A stretch of DNA of 64,000 nucleotides from an uncultured Nitrososphaerales archaeon (GTDB taxonomy: Archaea; Thermoproteota; Nitrososphaeria; Nitrososphaerales; Nitrososphaeraceae). Both the position numbers and the translations under genes were made by a program. Within the stretch, counting starts at the first letter, position 1. Each line of letters starts with the position of its first letter. The notes beneath the pieces were generated by a model. The model did no database searches. It was not told the DNA's origin and saw only the letters and a program-made list of their open reading frames with translations. Below, one piece after another: positions 51,269 through 61,836 of this stretch. The DNA is taken from NCBI GenBank assembly GCA_963841565.1, contig CAWJCY010000004.1, forward strand, positions 1 to 64,000, in the 5' to 3' direction.

Positions 51269-52741
51269 ATGAATGACGCTCCAAGGCATAGTTCTGCCAC
51301 CAAATCAGACCGAATACCTGATGAATTAGAGCGCTTTGTTAGGCACGATACTTATGCTCTTCTTATTAAAGGAAAGGCTGGAACAGGCAAAACGACTCTT
51401 TCATTGACTATTCTCAAAACCTTAGGTCAAGCAAGCAATTTTTTCTATATTTCTACTAGAGTATCTCCTAGACAGCTCTTCACTTACTATCCATGGTTGG
51501 AACAATTTGTTCAAACAATAAAACCTCAACCCACCTCGGACAGTGAAGAACAGGTGTACAAGATGTCTATGTTCGAAGACGCACGCCTCGATGAACCTGA
51601 ATCGTTATTTGAGCGTATAACCAACGAGTTGATGGATGTCAAGGCTCCAATTATAATTATCGATAGTTGGGATGCTATAGCTTCATTTATGGATAAGGAG
51701 GCTAGACTAAATAATGAACGAGTTCTGCAAACATGGCGTGAGAGGGCAGGCGCCAAACTAATCTTCATAAGTGAGGATACCTCGTATAGTACGCTTGACT
51801 TTTTAGTTGACGGAATCGTGGAATTGGATCAATTTGTGTACGATTCATGCAGATTGCGACAAATAAAGATGATTAAGTTAAGAGGAGTGAGAATGCTAAA
51901 CCAGATTTATAATTTTTCACTTAATAATAGTATATTTACCAGCTTTCCAACTTACAAACCTTCTGAATATGTTCTTAACAAGAAAGTTCCACAGAATGAC
52001 TTACCTAAGCGAAAAGACTATCCGCTGAAGCCTTACTCTGTCAGAGGGGTTGGACGGATTCGGACAGGATATCCTGAGTTGGACGCAGTATTGGAGGGCG
52101 GGCTCCCCAGAAAGGGAATTGTGATCTTCAGATTTGAACCCAGTATCCATATAATCGCAATAACAACATTTCTTGCAAAAATAATATCCAATTTCATAAA
52201 AAGAAATAATCCAGTCCTTCTCGAAACGATAAGTCAAGCCGATCCACATACCATCATGGCGATTATAAGATCATATTTGGGATATTTCCCCACCAACAAC
52301 GTATTCAGAGGATTGTGGTCTGACATCAAAGAATCAGCTATTAAGCAGCACATCGATCCTACTCAGTATTCTGTTCTAAAGAACTCTCAATCTGGCTTGA
52401 TTGAGAGGAGTATGGAAATGGCTCGAAAGCGATATCCGGAATCCTTGATGTTAAGTATCTTCAATTGTGAACATTTGAAATCACTTGAAGACGAACTTAG
52501 GCAACGTCAGACAAGCGTGCTTTCGTTACTTAGTGAGAAGACAGATCTTTCGATTATTGTGGGGACTACTGGAGAAGCAGTTTATCCTCCTGTAGAAGCT
52601 CATGCTGATCTGAAACTTGAGGTCAATGTAATAAACGGTACCTTGTTCCTAAGACCCATTTCACCGGTAGGACCTATTTTCGGATTCACTCCATACAAGA
52701 TAGGTGGAGTTCCACGTGTAAATCTTCAAGTTTTGGTGTAG
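51269..52741 (+). CDS. GvpD-like/KaiC-like P-loop ATPase (active N-terminal domain, degenerate second domain)
   Basis: GKAGTGKT, YISTRV, IIDSWDA, LDFLVDGIV, KLRG, TGYPELDAVLEGG. Confidence 0.85.
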   Translation: MNDAPRHSSATKSDRIPDELERFVRHDTYALLIKGKAGTGKTTLSLTILKTLGQASNFFYISTRVSPRQLFTYYPWLEQFVQTIKPQPTSDSEEQVYKMSMFEDARLDEPESLFERITNELMDVKAPIIIIDSWDAIASFMDKEARLNNERVLQTWRERAGAKLIFISEDTSYSTLDFLVDGIVELDQFVYDSCRLRQIKMIKLRGVRMLNQIYNFSLNNSIFTSFPTYKPSEYVLNKKVPQNDLPKRKDYPLKPYSVRGVGRIRTGYPELDAVLEGGLPRKGIVIFRFEPSIHIIAITTFLAKIISNFIKRNNPVLLETISQADPHTIMAIIRSYLGYFPTNNVFRGLWSDIKESAIKQHIDPTQYSVLKNSQSGLIERSMEMARKRYPESLMLSIFNCEHLKSLEDELRQRQTSVLSLLSEKTDLSIIVGTTGEAVYPPVEAHADLKLEVNVINGTLFLRPISPVGPIFGFTPYKIGGVPRVNLQVLV

Positions 52742-53240
52742 AGAAGTTATTTCGAATAGTACATCTGTTTGCTGCATTAGTGTACCGTGTTGCTAACATT
52801 CATTTTAAGCAACTCTCCTGATGTTGCATCAATTAACATGTTATCATGCTCATGAATCTCACCATACTTATCTTCTTATTTTTGCAATAACTAAGGAGCT
52901 TAATGGAATTGAACCGGAAAGAAATTGAGGAGGATATGCTAACCTATGGGCTGAGGCTGTGCATCTGCGATATTGATGGAGGTCATTTTCTACAATTTAG
53001 GCTTATTCTTGCTCTAACTCAGTCACTTCAAGCAAATGTGAATTGCAAACATAAGCCAAATTAATCGTTAGACAAAAGCTGGGATTTCGACAGTTAAACT
53101 TTACTTTCATGTTGCTCACTAGTCTTCAGGTTTAGTTGCCGAAATAAAATTCAACCGAGGAAGAATGTGACTATTCGACGCCCACGTGAATATCAGCAAT
53201 ATATTTATTGGTCAGCTGGCCAGACGCTTCAATACTCTAA

Positions 53241-54194
53241 TTGGTAAGAGGTCTAGAAGAACTTAATGAGGATCTTCCTCTAACAGATTTCTGTAACGTA
53301 CTAGATGCCAGCACCAAGGTTCTGAAAAATCAAAATGAAAGTGGACAAATTTCAGGAGGAAAAGTACTTGGATCGTTGGTCAATTTAGAGATACCACAAA
53401 GGCTAGTAGTGATCGGCGACATCCATGGTGATTATGGTGCTCTTAGCACTATCTTGTCCAAGATAAACTACGAGCGATATTTATCAGACGATCATAACAA
53501 GCTCATTTTCTTGGGCGATTACATTGACAGAGGTCGAAGGTCTCCTGAAGTCCTTTATGCTGTATGCTATCTTAAAGCCAGATTTCCCCAGTCAGTAATC
53601 CTAATGCGTGGAAATCATGAAGCCCCAGACGAATTCCCATTTCCTTCTCATGATTTCCCCTTTAGAATTATAGATTTATTTGGGCAAGATCAATCGATGG
53701 TTGTGTATTATCGAAAGATTTTGCCATTTTTTCATGCACTTTACCTATCAGTAGTGGTCGAAAATTGTTTTGTAATTGTGCATGGTGGCGTACCAGCCCA
53801 GCTTCCCCATGATGGACCAGAAGCTATAGAGACTTTGTCTAACGCTCAGGCCAACCATATGACTAGCGAAACTATGGAAGAAATACTCTGGAATGATCCA
53901 CGAAATTCCATAATGGATAATGGGAATTTTGAACGATCGAGAAGAGGTATTGGTAAGCATTTTGGCCTGTCAGTGAGCAAGACATGGTTGAGAAGACTTA
54001 ATGCCAAAGTAATCTTGAGGGGACATGAACCTTGTGAAGGATACAAAATCGATCATCAAGGGCTAGTCTTTACAATTTTTACCTGCAAAGAGTCATATCC
54101 GACGTCAAAGGCAGCCTATCTGGACATCGCCTTTGACGAAATGGTTCATTTAAAAGACGGTTATGATCTCCGGCAACATATGAATTATGTATGA
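53241..54194 (+). CDS. PPP-family Ser/Thr protein phosphatase
   Basis: GDIHG, GDYIDRG, RGNHE, VHGG, LWNDP, RGHE. Confidence 0.92.
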   Translation: MVRGLEELNEDLPLTDFCNVLDASTKVLKNQNESGQISGGKVLGSLVNLEIPQRLVVIGDIHGDYGALSTILSKINYERYLSDDHNKLIFLGDYIDRGRRSPEVLYAVCYLKARFPQSVILMRGNHEAPDEFPFPSHDFPFRIIDLFGQDQSMVVYYRKILPFFHALYLSVVVENCFVIVHGGVPAQLPHDGPEAIETLSNAQANHMTSETMEEILWNDPRNSIMDNGNFERSRRGIGKHFGLSVSKTWLRRLNAKVILRGHEPCEGYKIDHQGLVFTIFTCKESYPTSKAAYLDIAFDEMVHLKDGYDLRQHMNYV

Positions 54195-54203
54195 TTTAAA
54201 TCG

Positions 54204-55169
54204 CTAAATACTTAGGGTGACTTTAATTTCCTTACAGCGCTTCCTAAGCGACACGGTCGAAATATCGGCGACTTGACATATTTCAACCTGACGTAGAAAT
54301 TCATTGCAATTCTGTGAAGCAAGATAAATAACTGCCCCTGCCAGGGCTCTAGGATTCTTGCCAATAGATATGCGATTCTCTTGAACATCTGAGTAGATTC
54401 GCAAGGCTTCCCTCTTTGTTCTTTCAGAGAGACTCAGTCTATTTGCGATAAGGGTGACGTAGTCAGGGCCATGTAAAACTGGAACTTGTAACGATAATTC
54501 CTTTAAGATGAGTTTGTAATGCGTCATAACGTCCTTCGTAGGCAGATTACAAACCGTTGCAATATCGGATATAGTCTTAGGCGTAGCTGTTTCTCGACAT
54601 GCTGCGTAGAGTGCTGCACCAACAAGCCCAAGCGTAGATCTTCCCTTTGCGAGCTTCTTAACAGCCGCTTTTCTATATATGTATGCAGCACTTTCGATAA
54701 CGGCCTGGCTTAAATACAGCTTATCACCAAAATTATTCAAGAATTTCAGCGCTTTTTCGAGATTTCTAGAAATGGAGTCATTTAACTGAGATCTATTGTT
54801 CCAGGTCCTTAACCTTTGCATTTTCACCTTTTGTGACGGTTCTAATGCTTTACCTCGCGCATCAGTATCACCTATCCCTATCAGTGTGGATAAGCCCTTA
54901 TGATGCACAGCCAGAGATTCAGGCATGCCCGTCCTTGCCCTGTCGCTGTAACCCGATCTTGAGGGAAAACTTCCCGCGTGCTCAGAACTCAACAGCTCAT
55001 CTGCAACGACGCATCCACACGAGCTACAAACGAACTCATTGGATAACATATCGAAGATGACTGTGTAACTTTGGCACTGACTGCAAAATGCAGCATCCAT
55101 ATTGTCATTTAGCTTACTTTCAGATGGCACCAAAGTATCACAGGGCTCCCACCCGGACAAAAGCTCCAA
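54204..55169 (-). CDS. tfb: transcription initiation factor IIB paralog
   Basis: Zinc ribbon CSQC..CSSC, GLSTLIG, two cyclin repeats (AALYAACR, GKNPRALAGAVIY). Confidence 0.93.
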   Translation of the reverse strand: MELLSGWEPCDTLVPSESKLNDNMDAAFCSQCQSYTVIFDMLSNEFVCSSCGCVVADELLSSEHAGSFPSRSGYSDRARTGMPESLAVHHKGLSTLIGIGDTDARGKALEPSQKVKMQRLRTWNNRSQLNDSISRNLEKALKFLNNFGDKLYLSQAVIESAAYIYRKAAVKKLAKGRSTLGLVGAALYAACRETATPKTISDIATVCNLPTKDVMTHYKLILKELSLQVPVLHGPDYVTLIANRLSLSERTKREALRIYSDVQENRISIGKNPRALAGAVIYLASQNCNEFLRQVEICQVADISTVSLRKRCKEIKVTLSI

Positions 55170-55366
55170 CAGTTTTTATCCATACTTTTTCTAGAAATCA
55201 GAAATGTCTAATAGGATCTGGTTTTTATTGATATTTTCTTGTCCTAATCACATAGGATTTAGATATTCAAACTAATTCTCGTATGATATGCACTTGAATA
55301 AATTCACGCAACTCAATTCTAGAAAAGATGTACTCTTATTGCTTATGGATTATATGAGAAGCAGAC

Positions 55367-56779
55367 TTGCAAGATACTCTTTTAGCTGGATTGTTAACCT
55401 TTCTATGGTTAGTCAATATCCCAATTGCCGTTCTTGCAGTCTCAAGATTTGTCACAAACAGAAGGGTGTTTATAACTTCTGATCTTAGGAGGATAAGAAA
55501 TGATCCAGTGATTATTTTTCAGATTACTACGAGGTCCGCGACAAAAACCCCGGTAGTTGAGAGAGGGATACGATCAATAATTGAATCATGCGGGAAGGTA
55601 GAATATGATAAATTTAAAATATCAGTCGTAACTGATGACCCTGCCGATAATATAGAACTTGGTGAATTCGGTTGCGAGGTGGTAGTCGTCCCGAAATCGT
55701 TCAAAACATCTGCTATTAAGAAAGGAAGAGCCCTCCAATATGCGCTTCTTTATAGAAGATGCCGGGATGAAAACAAGAAACAGATCTGGATCTACCATAT
55801 GGATGATGAGAGCTTTGTTACATCTCAAACAATTTTGTCCCTCTTGAAATTCATACGAGACGGAAAGGGGGTAGCCTCTGAAGGACCTATCTTTTATCCT
55901 CTTAAGTTTGAAAACGCCAATGTTTTAACTGCATTAGCCGAATCGATTCGACCGTTTACATGCTATGATTGTGTTTCTCAAATGACAAACAAAGTTGTTC
56001 TCAAGACTCCACCACTGCATATGCATGGTAGCAACCTTCTTGTACGATCTGATGTGGAGGACAACATTGGGTGGAATTTCGGTCCTACGCTAGCTGAAGA
56101 TCAGTTGTTTGGCTACCTGGTATATGAGAAATATGGTTCAAATTCTATGGGCTGGCATGGCGGGATCTTACTTGAACAACCTCCCCTTAATATCAAGGAT
56201 CATTTTATGCAGCGTAGAAGGTGGGTTCTAGGAAGTCTTCAGAATGTTGATAAATTTTCAATTATTCACAGAGTTAAATTATCATATAAGCTCATGACGT
56301 ATTTCTTAGGATTTGCTGCTGGGCTCCTATCAACAATTATCTCCATTTATGTAAATCTACCAATCGTACTATCATTTTTTACTTCTGCTGGTACTCACAC
56401 TGGCAATGGCATTGCGAGTGAAAGTATCGTGAATTCTTTTATAGACAATCTTAACCTTGCATTCCAGCAATTCTATTCCAATTCTGCATTACACAATTGG
56501 ACTACTGCAGGACCAATTGAGTTCGCTACGGGATTACTTCTTTTATTCTCATCGCTTATTTGGTTGTTCTCATATCAACTCGGATTGTTCCAGAATCTTC
56601 GATTTAGCCAGATATCATTGTCAAAAAAAATCCTCTTTCACTTTCAAACCTTATTTTTATGCCCAATTATTGGTCTTGTAGAAACATTTCCAGCTTTTTA
56701 TTCAATTATAGAGTACACATTTAGAAATAACCGAAATGAGGGAACACCAGTATATGATTTCTATGTCATAGAGAAGTGA
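55367..56779 (+). CDS. GT2 membrane glycosyltransferase, egghead/BRE-3 beta-mannosyltransferase-like
   Basis: KGRALQYA, IYHMDDES, HGS, LAED, QRRRW; N- and C-terminal TM helices. Confidence 0.8.
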   Translation: MQDTLLAGLLTFLWLVNIPIAVLAVSRFVTNRRVFITSDLRRIRNDPVIIFQITTRSATKTPVVERGIRSIIESCGKVEYDKFKISVVTDDPADNIELGEFGCEVVVVPKSFKTSAIKKGRALQYALLYRRCRDENKKQIWIYHMDDESFVTSQTILSLLKFIRDGKGVASEGPIFYPLKFENANVLTALAESIRPFTCYDCVSQMTNKVVLKTPPLHMHGSNLLVRSDVEDNIGWNFGPTLAEDQLFGYLVYEKYGSNSMGWHGGILLEQPPLNIKDHFMQRRRWVLGSLQNVDKFSIIHRVKLSYKLMTYFLGFAAGLLSTIISIYVNLPIVLSFFTSAGTHTGNGIASESIVNSFIDNLNLAFQQFYSNSALHNWTTAGPIEFATGLLLLFSSLIWLFSYQLGLFQNLRFSQISLSKKILFHFQTLFLCPIIGLVETFPAFYSIIEYTFRNNRNEGTPVYDFYVIEK

Positions 56780-57011
56780 GTGTTGTTGCTGACGACGCCT
56801 CTACCTCATAAGGAGATCAATCGAATGTGTATGTCGACAGATGGTTTATTTTCGAATCCGCAAGGGATCTGGTATCATTACTTTCAATATGATAAATCTA
56901 GTCTGTCGGCTTAGCAGTTAGACCGTCCCTATCTGACAAAAATGGCTGCATTTTAGAGAAATAATTCGTGAGATAGAATTTGTTTCAGTGGATCTACGCT
57001 GCTTCAAAGGA

Positions 57012-57117
57012 TGGAGGGGGTGGGATTCGAACCCACGAACCCCTTAGGGACGGGATCACCCATCTGAAACGTGTAATCTTGAGTCCTGCGCGGTTGACCA
57101 GGCTTCGCTACCCCTCC
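57012..57117 (-). tRNA. tRNA-Leu (CAA) with 21-nt intron at position 37/38
   Basis: Acceptor GGAGGGG/CCCCTCC; CAGGA-CTCAAG[ATTACACGTTTCAGATGGGTG]A-TCCCG; long variable arm; 85 nt after splicing. Confidence 0.92.
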
Positions 57118-57266
57118 TCAATGCGTGATTTGAAGCATCAGGTTTTGTTTCCATTATACTGGGAAGGTACCTTGATAAAAATTTAATCGAATTCAAGTCT
57201 GGCACAAATGCCATTGATTTGGGAGACGTAATATTTATTTTGGATGACCAGTAGCTAATTAAAGAA

Positions 57267-57554
57267 ATGAAGATAACTGAACTAACACCTGGCATAAGGG
57301 GTGTAAGTGTAGAAGGAAAAATAGAAAGCATAGCAGAGGCAAGGACCGTAAACCTAAGAGCGGGAGGCACTGCACGAGTCGCGGATGCCGTTATAACAGA
57401 TGATAGCGGAAGTATAAAGCTGTCACTTTGGGATGACCAAATAGATATGGTTCAAGAGGGTGATACGGTCGTTATTGAGAATGGCTATACCCAAGCCTTT
57501 AGGGGAGATAACAGCCTGAACATAGGTCGTTATGGCAAGCTTCGGAAGGTGTAG
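57267..57554 (+). CDS. ssb: single OB-fold ssDNA-binding protein (crenarchaeal SSB type)
   Basis: DDSGSIKLSLW, IENGY, LNIGRYG. Confidence 0.9.
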   Translation: MKITELTPGIRGVSVEGKIESIAEARTVNLRAGGTARVADAVITDDSGSIKLSLWDDQIDMVQEGDTVVIENGYTQAFRGDNSLNIGRYGKLRKV

Positions 57555-57626
57555 CAATTTACATATGTCGACATCCTAAAAAGGCATTCAACGGTGGTGC
57601 CCAATTTTAATCGCAACTAATTGCCT

Positions 57627-58454
57627 TTAGCTGATATATCCTGTGTTACGCGGATTAGTTTGCGCGGTTTGCTCTCCCCCTTCAAACCTCCCACCAGAAG
57701 CCTGTCCCATCTGCTGTTCAATTGTTTTTATCAACATTTCTGTGTCTTTCGCTCTCGCATCCAAGGCGTCCATACTAATCTCTACACCCAGTCTCCTAGT
57801 CAAGACTTCCAATAATGACCTTGATGCTTTTGCATCAACAACATAGCCTGAGGTCTCGCCCAGTAAACAAGTACCTCTCATTCCTTTCAGTTTGGCCAAT
57901 CCAACTATCAGTCCATTCATCCCTGTTATTACTCCACCATCCATAACAGCAATATCAGGAGTATTGATATCTCTAAGGCTCTCCATGTCGGAAGCCGTAC
58001 AAAATACTCGGGGCTTCTGGACAAAGACTCCTGTGATATAAGCTGCCAATGCATATATGTGCGAAACAGAAAATCTGGATGCAATTCCGAGAATTGTTTC
58101 GGCTAATAGGTACTCCGCATCAGGATTAGAGGGTTGCGAGTCTCCAGTCAAGAACATCATGTTCAAAGAAGGTGAAATTGGGGATTCATGATAGAATATC
58201 GCGTTTCTAATAAGATCTACAGTCCCGTCTGGCTTGATCAGAACTTGCGGTGGAAATGTATTTGAGTAAATATCCACTAAATGTTTTGCGCTTAGTTCAT
58301 GTATCAGATGATCTACTGCAAGTTTGCCTACATAACCACTTCCGGGGAAGCCGCAAATAAGGGAGGGGAACTTAGAATCAGGCAATGAAGAGTTGGGATA
58401 AATTAATTCAAACCGTGCTTCAATCATAGTACTACATGATTGCTGCTCAAGCAA
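57627..58454 (-). CDS. PAC2-family proteasome assembly chaperone
   Basis: GFPGSGYVGKLA, FPPQV, TGDSQ, LLGETSGY..D. Confidence 0.9.
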   Translation of the reverse strand: MLEQQSCSTMIEARFELIYPNSSLPDSKFPSLICGFPGSGYVGKLAVDHLIHELSAKHLVDIYSNTFPPQVLIKPDGTVDLIRNAIFYHESPISPSLNMMFLTGDSQPSNPDAEYLLAETILGIASRFSVSHIYALAAYITGVFVQKPRVFCTASDMESLRDINTPDIAVMDGGVITGMNGLIVGLAKLKGMRGTCLLGETSGYVVDAKASRSLLEVLTRRLGVEISMDALDARAKDTEMLIKTIEQQMGQASGGRFEGGEQTAQTNPRNTGYIS

Positions 58455-58612
58455 TCAACTTAAAAGTGTTTATTTCGATGACGAGTTTATTCGGTGTGAT
58501 TCATATATAATTTTTCTAGCCTGTTGGAGAGGAATGCATACTACGATACTACTTATCGAATGATCTATCATTAATCGAGAGCGACATACATAATAGATGT
58601 GTTGCACGCTAA

Positions 58613-59180
58613 CTAACCTTGCTGAATTGGTCTCCTGATTTCTCCTTCAAGATTAGCAGCTGTGTGAATGTTGACATAGGCCTCACCGCTGTCGAAAAGA
58701 TCGAGTAGACCTGAAATTGGTTAGCCTACCAGTGGACCTTCTAGATCGTCAGCACTTAACGTCGCGCTCATCAGTTAACCCTAATTTCCCAATTGGTGGC
58801 TGAGGCTTGGATAAAGAAGCAACTACTGGATTATTTTCATCGCTCCTCCCTCTGTGGATATGAGTGGCAGTAATCTCCTCGACATTTTGGACGTTTACTT
58901 CATACGAAATATCATTGCCGAACGATGCAGTCGCAACTGAATCTCCCAATCCAATTGCTTATGCATTCGAGTCGAATTGAGCTTCGCCGATCGCATCTGT
59001 ACTTACCTTATGAATCTCTGCGCCGCCAGAAAGGGAAGCGGAATATACTCCAGATATCTCGAGGTTACTAGCAAAGGCAGACAAATAAATTGAGAACATC
59101 ACTGCCAATCCCCTAATAGATAATATGGTAACCATAGCTACCTTTAGCTTAAGTGGGAAGTTCATCAGTAATGTACTCAC
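58613..59180 (-). pseudogene. CHRD-domain protein pseudogene
   Basis: LSGGAE, THIHRG..NNPVVA, DLEGPL, AYVNIHT..GEIR fragments interrupted by in-frame stops (58959, about 58721) and a frameshift. Confidence 0.8.
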
Positions 59181-59593
59181 TTCATTCTATATGAAATATG
59201 AGTAAATTTTTACTATAGTGTTTTTCCAGTGATAATGATGTCTGAATTTGACATATTGAGAAATGGTTAGCGTCTCGAGGGCAGCCATAAAGAAAGTAAT
59301 CAAGATCAGATACCAAAAAATGGTGAATGTCCAACGGAAAAGGAAACACCTCTGACTATTCTTGTAACTATTGATGATGCTACAAGTGTCTAAATTAAAT
59401 GAATGAAAAGATATTGCAAAATTCATACCACAAGTACTGACGGTATTCTTCCAAAGGAAATGATGCTCGACCAACTCAATTCGTATCTCATTTGATAATC
59501 GAGAAGAATTGCAAATTTCTGGATAACAATTAAATACATTTTCCGCAATAGTCAAGGCTTATAAGTTATTCTCTCTTCATGTAATGTAGTTAA

Positions 59594-59914
59594 ATGATTA
59601 AAGAATTTATCGTATCAAGAATAGAAGCCTCTCATGATGGGACGCCCTACGTACACGTTAGCTTCATGGACCAGACGTCAGGGGACAGACAACAGTCGAC
59701 GAACCCTTTTGGAGTTAAGGCAATAAACTTTTCCTCTCCAGAAGATTTAATGAAAAACTTACCTAAAGCTATGTCAAACGTTCTGGGCAGTGGTATGGGA
59801 TTAGCTGATGCGCCAACGTTCAAACTGAGTATGAGAGAATATGAAGACCTGGGCTTAAAGGTAGGTGATAAAGTTTTGATTGAGCTGAAGAAGCCTGAGG
59901 TAACAGGCATATGA
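59594..59914 (+). CDS. conserved hypothetical protein, possibly arcadin-1-like
   Basis: EFIVSRI..PYVHV..LSMREYEDLGLKVGDKVLIEL. Confidence 0.75.
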   Translation: MIKEFIVSRIEASHDGTPYVHVSFMDQTSGDRQQSTNPFGVKAINFSSPEDLMKNLPKAMSNVLGSGMGLADAPTFKLSMREYEDLGLKVGDKVLIELKKPEVTGI

Positions 59915-59976
59915 CCCTAAGAGAGTTCTCCTAAGAATTATTACTGGTTTTGGTATCTAGATCACGTTGGCAGAAT

Positions 59977-61362
59977 TTAAAGATAATCAAGTATACTTGA
60001 TTGGCCATCCTCCTGGCCAGATCCTCTATTTAGTATCAAATTTGATATCTTTATGCCTATCTTCCTTATAGGAACGTTAATGAATAGTTCAGTACCAGTA
60101 TTTGAGGGTCTGTTCTCCATCATGTTATTAGCAGCTTGCCCTTCTTGTCTATCTGTGACTGTGGAATAGAACTTTTGTAGAAGGCCTGGTATAGCGTTAC
60201 TGATACTTTGTCTGGTGTCCTGATAATGCAAATATGATCTCTCTCTCGTTTCAACTACGAAATCTGCATGTACCAGTTTAATACCTACTGTACGAAATCG
60301 ATACCCTCTTCTTTGTATTCTCCTAAACAGCTCATCTGTTAATGCGTCAAAGTGAACAAGTAAACTTTGTTGATCTTTTGTAAAATCAGGCAATGTGTAT
60401 TCGGTACTCAGAGAGACATGTTCACTTCTAGGTCGAACAGGATCATCGTCTAGGCCTTTGGCAATTTTCCACATACGTATCCCATACTTATTACCGAATC
60501 TGTCCACAAGGGTTTGGACGTCAGTTCTTGCAAGTTGTCCGATCGTTTCGATACTCATCTGCTTTAATGATTTTTTAGTTATAGTCCCGATACCTGAAAT
60601 TCTCTCTACTTTGAGGTTTTCAAGGAAATTGGCAACCGCTGTTGGAGGAACTATCGTGAGTCCGTCTGGTTTTCTGAAGTCTGAAGCAATCTTAGCAATT
60701 GATTTAGTAGGAGCAACCCCAACTGAAGTTAGAAGACCACATTCTATCTTTATCTTATTTTTGATCGAAATCGCAAAGTCCTCGATTAGATGTGAATAGC
60801 TCAAATCGCGTACTGACTCACATTCTCTCTTAGCGGGTCGATGTACTAGAACTGAATCATCAACATCTGTTGCTTTATGCTTATGTACTACCAAAGCATG
60901 AATCTTGTCAGAACAATCTAGGAAAGCTTCATCAATGCTGGTCTGTTCTAAAATATCAGAGCAATCGTGTAAAACGTTCATCACTTTCTCAGAGATCGTT
61001 GCGTAGTACGGAATATCTACCCGATTAAGGACAAGTTCGGGACATGCTTTTAAAGCGGAGGATAAGGGCATCGCGGATCTTACTCCCATTTTCTTTGCTT
61101 CGTACGAGCATGAGGCTACAACTCCTTTTGTGATTCGGCCTTGCTCTTCACGAGTCATAATTACAGCATGAGGCTTACCCACTAGCAGCGGCAAACGTAA
61201 CTCTTCACATGAAGGGTAAAACGAATTTAGATCAACATGGACAACAACTCTCTTGTCCTTCCATGAATCTGACTGACCTGCGTCACTGCTTGGTCCTGCA
61301 CTGCTACTATTCGTTAACTCGTTGATTTGAGTAAAATCTGGGATGGCACTATCCTCATTCAT
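59977..61362 (-). CDS. dinB: Y-family DNA polymerase IV (Dpo4/DinB)
   Basis: HVDLNSFY, SYEAK, SIDEAFLD, AKIASDFRKPDG, PIP box QSSILDYL. Confidence 0.95.
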   Translation of the reverse strand: MNEDSAIPDFTQINELTNSSSAGPSSDAGQSDSWKDKRVVVHVDLNSFYPSCEELRLPLLVGKPHAVIMTREEQGRITKGVVASCSYEAKKMGVRSAMPLSSALKACPELVLNRVDIPYYATISEKVMNVLHDCSDILEQTSIDEAFLDCSDKIHALVVHKHKATDVDDSVLVHRPAKRECESVRDLSYSHLIEDFAISIKNKIKIECGLLTSVGVAPTKSIAKIASDFRKPDGLTIVPPTAVANFLENLKVERISGIGTITKKSLKQMSIETIGQLARTDVQTLVDRFGNKYGIRMWKIAKGLDDDPVRPRSEHVSLSTEYTLPDFTKDQQSLLVHFDALTDELFRRIQRRGYRFRTVGIKLVHADFVVETRERSYLHYQDTRQSISNAIPGLLQKFYSTVTDRQEGQAANNMMENRPSNTGTELFINVPIRKIGIKISNLILNRGSGQEDGQSSILDYL

Positions 61363-61836
61363 GAATTAAGCCCACACACAAAGCCTCAACCTGTTGTCTG
61401 GTCGTTTGTGTTCCTGTTCAATGATAAATACAAACGGCAAGGTACATGAAAATATCAAGCAGAAATGTAAAGAATATACAACATTAGTCCTGACCAAAAC
61501 AAGAAATAGAACAAGCATTATAACAACTATAGTGACCATAGTGATAATAATGATGTGATATCGATGTTTACAATGGGGGTTATTACTACCACCTTTACTA
61601 TACAAAGCACTTTTTTCATTCGTATGGTGAACTATCATGACATGCTTCAAGTTTTCTTATTTACTTATACTTCATTCATTTACTGATGCTAGATAAAAAA
61701 ACCTATTGCTTGCACTTGCCAGATTTAGCCTATCTCTTGTAACGTTACATAATAGGATAAATGAAAGTCGTTCTGAACCTATCGCTCTGATCGAAATTTA
61801 TATCTAACGCCTGAAAGCTACTACTTCAGTAATCGC

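Noticed and set aside
51269-52741. Gas vesicle operon
   Set aside because: Only a GvpD-like ATPase is present; no gvpA or other structural genes
56980-57370. ORFs 56980-57186 and 57056-57370
   Set aside because: They overlap tRNA-Leu and ssb; shadow ORFs
61366-61650. Small membrane protein upstream of dinB
   Set aside because: The hydrophobic stretch can arise from T-rich sequence; no motif or other support
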